From: an uncultured virus (IMG/VR IMGVR_UViG_3300018050_000923)
Lineage: Duplodnaviria; Heunggongvirae; Uroviricota; Caudoviricetes
Reading direction: 5' to 3' (one strand)
DNA: 64,000 bases
IMG/VR virus record: IMGVR_UViG_3300018050_000923
The translations under genes were made by a program, and so were the position numbers. The notes under the pieces are model-generated. The model had not been told where the DNA came from, searched no databases, and was given only the letters and a program-made list of their open reading frames with translations. Below, one piece after another: positions 9,208 to 18,169 of the stretch (its first letter is position 1; each line of letters opens with the position of its first letter).

Positions 9208-9907
9208 CCCAATCGCTATTAAAAACTTTTTGCCACCGCATATGTTTGGCAATGTTAAAAAGCAAATATTAGATAAAAAAATGGGACCAGACGGAAATCA
9301 TTTTTATCACACCGTTGCTGGTAGATGGCTGACGGAAATTCATTTTGATGAAGAAACAGAAAAAGAAATCTTAGATATAGCAAGAAAAACATTTAATAAT
9401 CCAAACTTAAAACGTGCAGGGTTTCATACAGCAAGGTACCAAATGCAAAATGGAATTAAGCCACAATTGTGGAAGCATTGGGATCAGTCTGCTTGTCAGT
9501 ATTCTTTAGATATCTGTATTGAGAAAACTGTAGATTGGAAACTAGTTGTTGAAGATCAAGAATTTGAAGAAGAGCCTAATAGTTGTGTGCTATTTTCTGG
9601 AAACGATATGCTTCACTGGAGAACTCCATATCCTAGTGATAAAGAAGACGATTATGTAACATTATTATTTATGCAGTTTGCAGAGCCTGACCATTGGTTT
9701 TTTACAGAAGGTGGAAAGGCTGGCTTTGATAAGCATGGACATGAAGCGGACTTTAGATTTAGAGCCAGAATGGGATATTGGTCTCAGCCAGATTATTCCG
9801 ACGGAAGACCAATATGCCCATGCTGCGATTACCGTGGTGTTTTAGAATTTGAAGAACGATATCAAAAAGAAAAACACCTATGGGAAAATGCTAATTTGGA
9901 AAATTAG
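9191..9907 (+). CDS. 2OG-Fe(II) oxygenase-like protein, paralog of the previous gene
   Basis: LWKHWDQSACQY..GNDMLHWR..EPDHWFFTEG shared with 8647..9207; extra CPCC tail. Confidence 0.65.
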   Translation: MSSITSPIAIKNFLPPHMFGNVKKQILDKKMGPDGNHFYHTVAGRWLTEIHFDEETEKEILDIARKTFNNPNLKRAGFHTARYQMQNGIKPQLWKHWDQSACQYSLDICIEKTVDWKLVVEDQEFEEEPNSCVLFSGNDMLHWRTPYPSDKEDDYVTLLFMQFAEPDHWFFTEGGKAGFDKHGHEADFRFRARMGYWSQPDYSDGRPICPCCDYRGVLEFEERYQKEKHLWENANLEN

Positions 9908-10454
9908 ACATTAGACTCTTTGTTCTTGGAGTAATACCTTTCCAGGCAATCCAATTTTCACCGCCGTTTGACATGTGAAATGCAATCTGAGCATTTAATA
10001 CTGGATTAAATAACTCGTAGTTTGATTCTAATTTAAACTTATCTCTACGTTCAGGACCAAGGTCGCCAATCATATTTATTTGAAATAAGCCATAAGAACT
10101 ATCTCCAGTTCTTTTACTAAGATTTAATGCCATTGGTCTACCGCCAGACTCTTTCTTAGCAATAGCCCAAGCCTCCCTTAGTTTTTGACCTTCAAAACCT
10201 ACTAAATATAGTAAATTTTTAAGTTCTTTGTCAGATAGATTTACAGCATTTTTATATTTTTCTAACTGATCTTCTTTAGCCTTAGAAACACTTTTGGCCA
10301 CTTCCGTGGCCTCTATTGTTTCTTGCAGCACGATATTTTTACTATCGTCTAATCGGTTTTCAGAAGCATTGGCAACATTTGAATAAACACCAAAAATCGC
10401 CAATATGCTGAGTGTACCAATGATGTTCCTGTTATTATTCATAAAGTTAATCAT
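9891..10454 (-). CDS. Secreted lytic transglycosylase (SLT/lysozyme-like)
   Basis: Signal-peptide-like N-terminus; AIAKKESGG (catalytic Glu), SYGLFQIN, LFNPVLNAQIA..W..W; AAGGAGG RBS before ATG 10454. Confidence 0.8.
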   Translation of the reverse strand: MINFMNNNRNIIGTLSILAIFGVYSNVANASENRLDDSKNIVLQETIEATEVAKSVSKAKEDQLEKYKNAVNLSDKELKNLLYLVGFEGQKLREAWAIAKKESGGRPMALNLSKRTGDSSYGLFQINMIGDLGPERRDKFKLESNYELFNPVLNAQIAFHMSNGGENWIAWKGITPRTKSLMSNFPN

Positions 10455-10508
10455 AGTTTCCTCCTTAGAAACGAATAACACCTTTTTAGGGGTGTTATAT
10501 TACTTCTT

Positions 10509-10538
10509 AGTATAACACAATTTAGGCCAGGTAGTCAA
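10509..10538 (-). promoter_or_regulatory. Promoter for the transglycosylase gene
   Basis: Minus strand TTGACT-18 bp-TATACT with TG extension. Confidence 0.6.
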
Positions 10539-10542
10539 ATAA

Positions 10543-10551
10543 TGCTATAAT
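10543..10551 (+). promoter_or_regulatory. Extended -10 promoter (divergent)
   Basis: TGCTATAAT 8 nt before ATG 10560, no SD. Confidence 0.6.
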
Positions 10552-10559
10552 TAATCCCT

Positions 10560-11075
10560 ATGGCAGAAATAACTAATAACTATGGTCTAACATATCCAGA
10601 AGCAACTGACTCTGTAAATGTTCATAATGATATTAAAAAATTAGCAGATGATGTTGATGATGCAATTGCTTCTCTTGATGCCTCAAATGTTAGAATAAAA
10701 GTATTAAATAATTCTGGCACAACAATAGGGGCAGGAAAACCTGTTTATGCTACTGGACATACAAATAATAAAACAACAATTTCATTATTTACCTCTACCT
10801 TGTCTGATAATTACCCATTATTGGGACTAACAAAAACTTCTTTGGCAAATAACGAAAGCGGAGAAGTTGTTGTTGCAGGAGTTTTAACAAATATTAATAC
10901 AAGTGGTTTTTCTGTTGGAGAATTATTATATGTAAATTCTTCTGGTGCTCTTACAAATACTGTTAATGGTGGAGCAATAGGAATAGTTGCAGTAGCAGAT
11001 CCAGTAATTGGTGTTATTGTAATACAGGCAAAAGGTAATGGTACTTGGGGAGCATTGAAGGCTGGATTAGCCTAA
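10560..11075 (+). CDS. Virion decoration/cement-like protein
   Basis: YGLTYPEATD..LADDVD N-terminus; NNSGTTI.AGKPVY..GEVVVAG..GELLYV. Confidence 0.5.
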   Translation: MAEITNNYGLTYPEATDSVNVHNDIKKLADDVDDAIASLDASNVRIKVLNNSGTTIGAGKPVYATGHTNNKTTISLFTSTLSDNYPLLGLTKTSLANNESGEVVVAGVLTNINTSGFSVGELLYVNSSGALTNTVNGGAIGIVAVADPVIGVIVIQAKGNGTWGALKAGLA

Positions 11076-11077
11076 TA

Positions 11078-11086
11078 TGATATAAT
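11078..11086 (+). promoter_or_regulatory. Extended -10 promoter, leaderless-type spacing
   Basis: TGATATAAT-6 nt-ATG. Confidence 0.65.
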
Positions 11087-11092
11087 CGACAC

Positions 11093-11482
11093 ATGGCTAC
11101 CTTTAGAAATCAAACCACAGATAGTTATTCGTTAGGCTCTACACCACCAGAAATTCGTTGGACGGTAGTTAGAGGAGACTCTGCAGCATTTAGAGTTTAT
11201 GTTACAGATGATGAAAGAGAGCCGCTATTAATTGAAGATTGGGAAATTGCGATGGATATTTATCGTCCGTCTACAGATGAGGTTATTTTATCTTTAACCC
11301 CTGGCGTAATTGAATTTCAAGATAGCGAAGGTAGTTTTACTGTTTCTTTAACAGCAGATCAATCTGAAATTTTAGAAACAGGAGATGTCTTTGATATACA
11401 ACTAACAGAACTTGATTCTGGCACCAGAGTTTGGACGGTAGCCAAAGGTTCAATGGTTATTATTGAAGACATAACAGAGTAA
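11093..11482 (+). CDS. BppU-like beta-sandwich virion protein
   Basis: VVRGDS..SLTADQS..FDIQL..VWTVAKGSM; resembles the N-terminus of 1455..2321. Confidence 0.55.
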   Translation: MATFRNQTTDSYSLGSTPPEIRWTVVRGDSAAFRVYVTDDEREPLLIEDWEIAMDIYRPSTDEVILSLTPGVIEFQDSEGSFTVSLTADQSEILETGDVFDIQLTELDSGTRVWTVAKGSMVIIEDITE

Positions 11483-11727
11483 TGCCAACAAACCTAACAC
11501 CAATATCTGAACAAGTATATAGAACAACTCACCGCCTAGCGCATGCACAAATAAAAGAATTAGATAAAAGATCTATACGAATTAATGATATAAACCATAA
11601 AACAAAAATAGAAGAAATTATTCCATTTAAAGTACAATTTATAAATGTTGGAGTTTTTGGGTTTTCTAGCAATAACCCAGCAGGTGTTGGGGTTGCAGTT
11701 GTTGGCTACAATAACTACATCCTCTAA
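11482..11727 (+). CDS. Hypothetical protein
   Basis: ORF coupled by TAATG. Confidence 0.5.
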   Translation: MPTNLTPISEQVYRTTHRLAHAQIKELDKRSIRINDINHKTKIEEIIPFKVQFINVGVFGFSSNNPAGVGVAVVGYNNYIL

Positions 11728-11757
11728 AAAATATAAAAAGGGAGTTATAATAAGGCC

Positions 11758-12204
11758 ATGGCAAAAATATCACTTGCTACACTAAAAACAAAGTTTGAAT
11801 CTGGAGATCGTCCTAGTCAGCAAGACTATGAAGATTTAATTGACAGCGCTGCTGGTCAATCATTGGATCTTGGATCTTCAGGCAATAATGAAAATACCAT
11901 TTCTGGTATTGAAAACCCAACAGTTATTGATAACTTCGATGCAACTGTTTGGCGTATGGTTAAGTACATTGTTTCTATTGCCAAGACAACAGCAGGAGAC
12001 AATAAATTTTATGCAACAGAATTGACTATACTCGTAGACGGTACAAATGTAAATGTTTCTGAGTATGGAACAATAGACAACGATGGGAATATTGGCACCA
12101 TTAGCGTCTCAAGGGCTGGAAATACAGTATCCTTAACGGTTACTCCAGACCCTGCAATTAAGCCAGTCACAGTTCGTTATGCACGAATTGGACTTAAGGC
12201 GTAA
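11758..12204 (+). CDS. Virion protein
   Basis: LKTKFESGDRPSQQDYEDLIDS N-terminus; C-terminal domain (KYIV..ATELTIL.DG..EYG) similar to the end of 12221..13828. Confidence 0.55.
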   Translation: MAKISLATLKTKFESGDRPSQQDYEDLIDSAAGQSLDLGSSGNNENTISGIENPTVIDNFDATVWRMVKYIVSIAKTTAGDNKFYATELTILVDGTNVNVSEYGTIDNDGNIGTISVSRAGNTVSLTVTPDPAIKPVTVRYARIGLKA

Positions 12205-12220
12205 ATAAGGAGATAAAAAA

Positions 12221-13828
12221 ATGGCAACAGTAGTAAAAGACTTTAAAGTAAAGAATGGTCTTATTGTTGAAGGCACAACAGGTACCATCAATAATCACGA
12301 TATTCTTACAAAGAAAACAGACGATCAAAACTATATCGTCAATTTAATTGGTGGAACAGCCACCTCAGCAAACGAAGCAAACAAGGTTGTTAAGCGTGAT
12401 GCTAATGGCAACTTTGCTGCGGGAGAAGTAACAGCAGACCTCGTTGGTGATGTAACTGGTAATGCAGATACAGCAACAACACTTGAAACTGCTCGTACAA
12501 TTTCTTTAACTGGAGATGTAACAGGTTCTGTTTCATTTGATGGTTCACAAAATGTAAACATTACAGCAACTGTAGATGGATCATTTGCAACAGATTCAGA
12601 AGTTGCTACAGCAAAGGGAGAAGCAATTGACGCAGCATCAGCAGATGCTACTTCAAAGGCAAACGCTGCACAAGCAGCAGCAGAATTAACAGCATCAAAT
12701 GCTCTTTCTTCAGCAGTTTCTACCCTAGAGGGACAGATTGCAGATGCAGAGACAGATGCAAATACATATACAGATAATGCAATCACAGCACTCAATCTTG
12801 CTGGAACATATGATGCACTTGGTGCAGCAGCACAGGCTCTTTCAGATGCAGAAGACTACACAGATGAAAAAATTGCAGACCTAGTAGATTCAGCACCAGC
12901 AATGCTTGATACTCTTAACGAGTTGGCAGCAGCAATTGCTGATAATCCAAACTATGCGACAGATGTTGCTAACTTGGTTGCTACAAAGGCTGATACATCT
13001 TATGTAGATTCAGAAATTTCTGATCTTGATACAGCAGCACAGGGATATGCTTCAACAGCACAATCTAACGCAGAATCATTTGCTACAACTGCAGCAAGCA
13101 ATGCTCAGTCAGCAGCAGAAGACTATGCAGATTCTCTTGCTGTAAATTATGATGCAGCAGGTTCAGCAGCAACAGCACAATCAAACGCTAACTCATATAC
13201 AGACACAGCAATTTCTGGTGTAAATAGCACAATTGCAGCACTTGATACAGGTGATGTAGCAGAAGGTTCAAACCTTTATTACACAACTTCTCGTGCTAAG
13301 ACAGATGCAGCAGCACTTATTGTAGGTGCAACAAAGACTAATATTGTTATCACAGGTGATGAGAATGGTCTTACAATTACCGCAGAAAACGGTGTTGCAG
13401 ATTCTACAACATCTAATCTTGCAGAAGGTTCAAACCTTTACTTTACAGATGCTCGTGCAGTATCTGCTCTTGAAGCAGTTACACCTGATTTCCCTGCAGT
13501 AGAACTTGCTTCTGTTGCAAAGCAGGTAGCAGCACAAGCAACAGTAGCAACTGCAAGCACAAACACAGCAGTTTCATGGGCTGTAGCAGATTACAAGTCT
13601 GCTGAGTTCCTTGTAAAGATTGCAAATGGCTCACATACAGAAGTTTCAAAGGTAATTCTTACTCTTGATACTTCAAACAATGTTGCAGTCACAGAGTATG
13701 CGATGGTAGGAACAAATGGTTCACTTGGATCTGTTTCAGCAGATGTAAGCGGTTCAGATGTTCGTCTTCGTGTAACAACTGACAATAACAACTCAACAGT
13801 TGCTGTTGTTGGAACACTTTTAAAGTAA
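12221..13828 (+). CDS. Long fibre protein
   Basis: LETARTISLTGDVTGSVSFDGS, LDTLNELAAAI, two AEGSNLYxT repeats, Ala-rich helical segments. Confidence 0.75.
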   Translation: MATVVKDFKVKNGLIVEGTTGTINNHDILTKKTDDQNYIVNLIGGTATSANEANKVVKRDANGNFAAGEVTADLVGDVTGNADTATTLETARTISLTGDVTGSVSFDGSQNVNITATVDGSFATDSEVATAKGEAIDAASADATSKANAAQAAAELTASNALSSAVSTLEGQIADAETDANTYTDNAITALNLAGTYDALGAAAQALSDAEDYTDEKIADLVDSAPAMLDTLNELAAAIADNPNYATDVANLVATKADTSYVDSEISDLDTAAQGYASTAQSNAESFATTAASNAQSAAEDYADSLAVNYDAAGSAATAQSNANSYTDTAISGVNSTIAALDTGDVAEGSNLYYTTSRAKTDAAALIVGATKTNIVITGDENGLTITAENGVADSTTSNLAEGSNLYFTDARAVSALEAVTPDFPAVELASVAKQVAAQATVATASTNTAVSWAVADYKSAEFLVKIANGSHTEVSKVILTLDTSNNVAVTEYAMVGTNGSLGSVSADVSGSDVRLRVTTDNNNSTVAVVGTLLK

Positions 13829-13857
13829 TAAAATAAATAAAAGAGGGAGTGGTAATC

Positions 13858-14313
13858 TTGGCAACAGTCAACAAGGACTTCAAGGTTAAAAATGGACTAA
13901 TCGTCAATGGTAACGGTGAGTTCGGAGGAACGGTAGTTGTAGCAAACCCTACATTATCTACCCATGCTGCTACTAAGGCATATGTTGACTCAGTAGTTGG
14001 CGGTATGCAGGTTGGGAATACCGCTCCCTCTACACCAGACAATGGTGATTTATGGTTTGACACATTAACATCAAGAGTTAATGTTTATTATTCTGGATCA
14101 TGGATTACCATGGCAGCAATTGACGATACATTAAATCTTCCACAGCATATTCACGACACTGCAATTGATGGAACTGGATTTATAGTATCTCAGTTTGTTA
14201 CTGGTGGTAGTTTTAATGACCCTCAGGGTTCTTCAATAGATGCAGGATCCTATAATACCAACTCATGGACTCTAGTTTATGATGGCGGTATAGCAACAGA
14301 TAACTTCAATTAA
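13858..14313 (+). CDS. Fibre-associated protein
   Basis: Probable TTG start after GGGAG; ATVNKDFKVKNGLIV shared with 12221; AATKAYVD, GDLWFDT. Confidence 0.6.
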   Translation: MATVNKDFKVKNGLIVNGNGEFGGTVVVANPTLSTHAATKAYVDSVVGGMQVGNTAPSTPDNGDLWFDTLTSRVNVYYSGSWITMAAIDDTLNLPQHIHDTAIDGTGFIVSQFVTGGSFNDPQGSSIDAGSYNTNSWTLVYDGGIATDNFN

Positions 14314-14320
14314 AAACTGA

Positions 14321-14329
14321 TGTTATAAT
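14321..14329 (+). promoter_or_regulatory. Extended -10 promoter
   Basis: TGTTATAAT preceded by an A-tract. Confidence 0.55.
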
Positions 14330-14376
14330 AAGCACAGAAATAAATTGGTAGAAATACCATAAGGAGAGATAAAAAT

Positions 14377-16272
14377 ATGGCAACAAGAATGCAGCAACGC
14401 AGAGGAACTGCACAGCAATGGACAGATGCAGATCCAATTTTAGCAGCAGGAGAAATCGGATTTGAGACTGACACTGGTCAATTTAAAATTGGTGATGGCG
14501 TTAACCACTGGGAAGATCTCTCCTACTTTAAGAACCTAGAAGACCTAGGTGGAAACTTAGATGATTATATTCTTTTAACAGAGAAGGCAACAGCAAATGG
14601 CGTTGCTACTCTCGATGGTACAGGAAATATTCCAATGTCACAACTTGGAAATATTATTGATGGAGCACCAGCACTATTAAATACATTAAATGAGATAGCA
14701 AACGCAATTGATGATGATTCAACTTTTGCTAACACAGTTGTTGCATCTTTATCAACAAAAGCACCAACTGCTTCTCCTAGTTTAACTGGAACTCCAACAG
14801 CACCTACTCCATCTTCAAGCAATGATTCAAATCAAATTGCAACAACAGCCTTTGTTAAGGCTCAAGGGTATGCTATTGCATCAACAGTAGATACAAATAA
14901 GACTGATGCAGACAATGCAATATCTTTGTTAGATGGAAGACTTGATACAGCAGAATCTGATATCAATACACTACAAAATGATTTAGTAGCAGTACAAGGT
15001 GATGTAACAACATTACAGGGAAGCACAACATCATTAGACGGAAGACTTGATTCAGCAGAGTCTAATATTACTACTCTACAGGGAGACTTGTCCACTGCAG
15101 AAAATAATATAACAGCAATTCAAGGCGATGTAACAACAGCACAGTCAGATATCAATGCTGCAGAAGGCAGATTAGACACTGCAGAATCAGAAATTGACGG
15201 ATTACAAAGTAGCCTTACAACTGCTGAAGGTGAAATTGATCAACTTCAGACTGATGTAACATCTTTACAGACTGATGTAACGGCGCTACAAGGAACAGTT
15301 GATACCCCTACAACTGGTCTTACTGCTAGACTTACTGCAGCAGAATCAGATATAGGATCTCTACAGACAACAGTAGATACACCAACTACAGGTCTTTCTG
15401 ATCGCATGACTGCAGCAGAAGGAGATATCAGCACTTTACAAGGAGATCTTGATACAGCAGAAGCAACATTAGCAACAGCAGTATCTGATTTAGATACACA
15501 TGAAGCAGCAACAACAACTGTTCATGGAATTGCAGATACATCTGCTCTTGCTACAAAGTCTTACGCTGATACAGCAGCAACTAATGCACAGACATCAGCG
15601 CAGTCTTATGCTGACACAGCACTTGCTTTAAAGGCACCGTTGGCTTCTCCAGCACTTACTGGAACACCAACTGCTCCAACAGCAACAGCAGGAACAAACA
15701 CAACACAGGTTGCTACAACAGCGTTCGTTGGAACAGCAGTAGCAAATCTTGTTGCATCAGCACCTGCAGCATTAAATACACTGGATGAACTTGCAGCAGC
15801 CCTTGGTGATGATGCTAACTTTGCAACAACAGTTACAAATAACTTAGCAGCAAAGGCACCACTAGCATCTCCAACATTTACAGGAACAGTTGCTCTTCCA
15901 GCAGCATCTTCTGTAACACTAAATGGAACTGCTCTTTCTGCAACACTTGCAGATAAGGCAGATAAGACAGCATCTATATCTTCAAAGTCAGGAGCATACA
16001 CATTTGCTTCTGGAGATGTTAATATGATATTTGAGTATAACTCAGGATCAGCAGGAACATTTACAATTCCAGCAGATAACTCGTTCTGGACAGTAGGACA
16101 GAGACTAGAAGTCTTGCAGGTTGGAGCAGGCCAGTTAACAATTGCTGGTGGCTCTGGAGTAACTGTAAATGGCACTCCTACAACAAAAACAAGAACAACT
16201 TGGTCTGGAGCAACTATTATTAAAAGATCTGCAAACGTCTTCGTAGTAGTTGGAGACCTTGCTTCTTCATAA
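14377..16272 (+). CDS. Tail fibre: Mtd-N-like head, coiled-coil shaft, C-terminal 'GDL' domain
   Basis: QRRGTAQQW..LAAGEIGFETDT..KIGDG; heptad repeats; two APxASPxLTGTPTAPT repeats; ends WSGATIIK..VVVGDL. Confidence 0.8.
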   Translation: MATRMQQRRGTAQQWTDADPILAAGEIGFETDTGQFKIGDGVNHWEDLSYFKNLEDLGGNLDDYILLTEKATANGVATLDGTGNIPMSQLGNIIDGAPALLNTLNEIANAIDDDSTFANTVVASLSTKAPTASPSLTGTPTAPTPSSSNDSNQIATTAFVKAQGYAIASTVDTNKTDADNAISLLDGRLDTAESDINTLQNDLVAVQGDVTTLQGSTTSLDGRLDSAESNITTLQGDLSTAENNITAIQGDVTTAQSDINAAEGRLDTAESEIDGLQSSLTTAEGEIDQLQTDVTSLQTDVTALQGTVDTPTTGLTARLTAAESDIGSLQTTVDTPTTGLSDRMTAAEGDISTLQGDLDTAEATLATAVSDLDTHEAATTTVHGIADTSALATKSYADTAATNAQTSAQSYADTALALKAPLASPALTGTPTAPTATAGTNTTQVATTAFVGTAVANLVASAPAALNTLDELAAALGDDANFATTVTNNLAAKAPLASPTFTGTVALPAASSVTLNGTALSATLADKADKTASISSKSGAYTFASGDVNMIFEYNSGSAGTFTIPADNSFWTVGQRLEVLQVGAGQLTIAGGSGVTVNGTPTTKTRTTWSGATIIKRSANVFVVVGDLASS

Positions 16273-16316
16273 AAAGTAGTATAATTAAATAAATATTGAA
16301 TAGGAGAATGATCTAA

Positions 16317-17375
16317 ATGGCACTACAAAAAACAGGTGACAGAGGAATAAGAAAGGTAGAAGTACCTAATCTGTCAGGAATGACAAGAAGTCAATACCAG
16401 GCAGAGTTAACCCTAAAAGGTTTAACATATACCGAAACCACTACTACCACATCAAATTCTTCATTAGATCAAAAAATAAATACACAAGGCACTGTTGCTG
16501 GTACTATAGTTAATATAGGTACCAGCATTGCCATAAACTATTATCAGTATGTGTATCCTGGTTTTAGCCATTATGCTGCATTCAGCCACTACGCTGGTTT
16601 CAGCCACTACGCTGGTTTCAGCCACTACGCTGGTTTCAGCCACTACGCTGGATTCTCTCACTATGCTGGCTTCTATCACGGATTCTCCCATTACGGTGGA
16701 TTCTCACACTATGGTGGATTCTCACACTATGGTGGATTCAATCATTATGGAGGCTTCTATCATGGATTTAGCCACTATGGATCGTTCTCTCATCAATCAT
16801 ATGGCGGATTCTCACACTCATCATATGGTTCATTCTCACACTCATCATATGGTGGCTTCTATCACGGATTTAACCATTCCCCAGCATCGTACGGTGGATT
16901 TGGAGATTATTTCTCACTATCACCATCTACAGGTGTTAGAACTCCAGGCGGTATCGTAACTGCTGGATCTCTAAATGTTGGAGATAAATTATTAGCATTA
17001 AATATCGCAGAAGTTGGAACAGGTCAATTTGATCCAGCAACATGGTCTTCAGCAACATTTGATGGTATTGAAGTTGTTGAAACAGAGGTTGTGGCAATCA
17101 GAGAAAGAACTGTTGATAAAATTTACAACATCAATGGAAGCCTTTTCTCTCCATATCACTGGATATTTACAAGAAAGGATAATGTCTACAAGTTTGTATT
17201 GTCAAAAGATATTGACACATCATATGAAGTTTATGACTTTGCAAACCAAGATTGGTCTGCAGTTACAAACATCACAGAATTAAACTATATCGACAATGTA
17301 GTTTCTATTAACTGTGAACCTTATGATAACTTCTTTACAGAAACAATGTTAGTCTTCGATACGAAAGATAACTAA
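16317..17375 (+). CDS. PASTA-like domain + (xGFSHY)n repeats + C-terminal Hint domain
   Basis: VEVPNLSGMT..L..KGL (PASTA-like); 18 F-[S/Y/N]-H motifs; SLSPSTGV..LNVGDKL, SPYH, INCEPYDNFF..LVFD (Hint blocks A, B, F/G). Confidence 0.8.
   Translation: MALQKTGDRGIRKVEVPNLSGMTRSQYQAELTLKGLTYTETTTTTSNSSLDQKINTQGTVAGTIVNIGTSIAINYYQYVYPGFSHYAAFSHYAGFSHYAGFSHYAGFSHYAGFSHYAGFYHGFSHYGGFSHYGGFSHYGGFNHYGGFYHGFSHYGSFSHQSYGGFSHSSYGSFSHSSYGGFYHGFNHSPASYGGFGDYFSLSPSTGVRTPGGIVTAGSLNVGDKLLALNIAEVGTGQFDPATWSSATFDGIEVVETEVVAIRERTVDKIYNINGSLFSPYHWIFTRKDNVYKFVLSKDIDTSYEVYDFANQDWSAVTNITELNYIDNVVSINCEPYDNFFTETMLVFDTKDN
16560..16901 (+). repeat. Coding tandem repeat, mostly 18 bp (TTCAGCCACTACGCTGGT-like)
   Basis: Near-exact units at about 16581-16650 degenerating downstream; encodes GFSHY units. 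Confidence 0.9.
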
Positions 17376-17377
17376 CG

Positions 17378-18169
17378 GTGTCACGTAAATATAATAGAGA
17401 CTATTATCCTAATCATGATGCAGACGAGTTTTTATACTCCGATGACCTGGTTGCACTAAACAAAGAACTATTAAAAGATACTAGAGCAACACCATTTTTA
17501 ATTAGTTCTCAGGTGGCGGTAGAAACTAAGGCATATGAAAAACGAATAACTCCATTAATGCAGCAAGGCAAAATATCTGTTACTGTAGGAAATACAGATT
17601 GGAATAAAGAGTATGATGAGGGTAGATCATACTGGATACCTGAAAATAGGTGGGTGCATGAAACTAATCTAAAGCCAATAGAGATAGAAAAAAATCTATA
17701 TGAATTTAGAACGTCTGCAGATGTATTTTTCTTGCCAGCATCTTATGGATATTTTAGTAAACTCACAAATAATAAATATATTCTTCCTTTTCCAAGACCA
17801 GTTAGCAGAACTCTTTATCAACATTTAGAAGTAGATGAAGATATTTTAAAAGATTTAGATAATTCTTTAGAGTTAGAACAAGAGGATATAGACAATATAT
17901 ATAGTAAAGAAAATCCTAATGTTTTTTATCCTTATCCATATTTTTGGAATGTAAGGTGGCTACCTAAAAATTCATGCAAAATAACATTTTATACAACAGA
18001 AGAGACAGAAAAAATAACCAGGGTTCATGTACCACAAATTACTTTAGATTGTTTAGATGATATACAAAGTCTAAAAGTTCCTGTACAATTGTATATAGAT
18101 GTACGGAAAAAATCTCCGTATATAAAGCATGACGAACTAATCATGTACATGAGAGTAGAGGAAATTTAG
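17378..18169 (+). CDS. Hypothetical protein
   Basis: GTG-start ORF 2 nt after the Hint gene; possibly a diverged relative of the next two genes. Confidence 0.55.
   Translation: MSRKYNRDYYPNHDADEFLYSDDLVALNKELLKDTRATPFLISSQVAVETKAYEKRITPLMQQGKISVTVGNTDWNKEYDEGRSYWIPENRWVHETNLKPIEIEKNLYEFRTSADVFFLPASYGYFSKLTNNKYILPFPRPVSRTLYQHLEVDEDILKDLDNSLELEQEDIDNIYSKENPNVFYPYPYFWNVRWLPKNSCKITFYTTEETEKITRVHVPQITLDCLDDIQSLKVPVQLYIDVRKKSPYIKHDELIMYMRVEEI

Noticed and set aside
10455..10505. c-di-AMP riboswitch ahead of the transglycosylase
   Set aside because: Leader of about 50 nt has only one small hairpin
14377..14540. Mtd-N-like domain as a sign of a diversity-generating retroelement
   Set aside because: No reverse transcriptase or TR/VR pair with adenine-specific differences seen in the window
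16560..16901. 18-bp repeats as a CRISPR array
   Set aside because: No unique spacers, in-frame with synonymous variation, no cas genes
16464..16959. Alternative-frame ORFs (SATTLV, VAETSV)
   Set aside because: Shadows of the GFSHY repeat
16914..17375. Canonical splicing intein
   Set aside because: No His-Asn terminus, essentially no C-extein, no homing endonuclease; treated as an autoprocessing Hint
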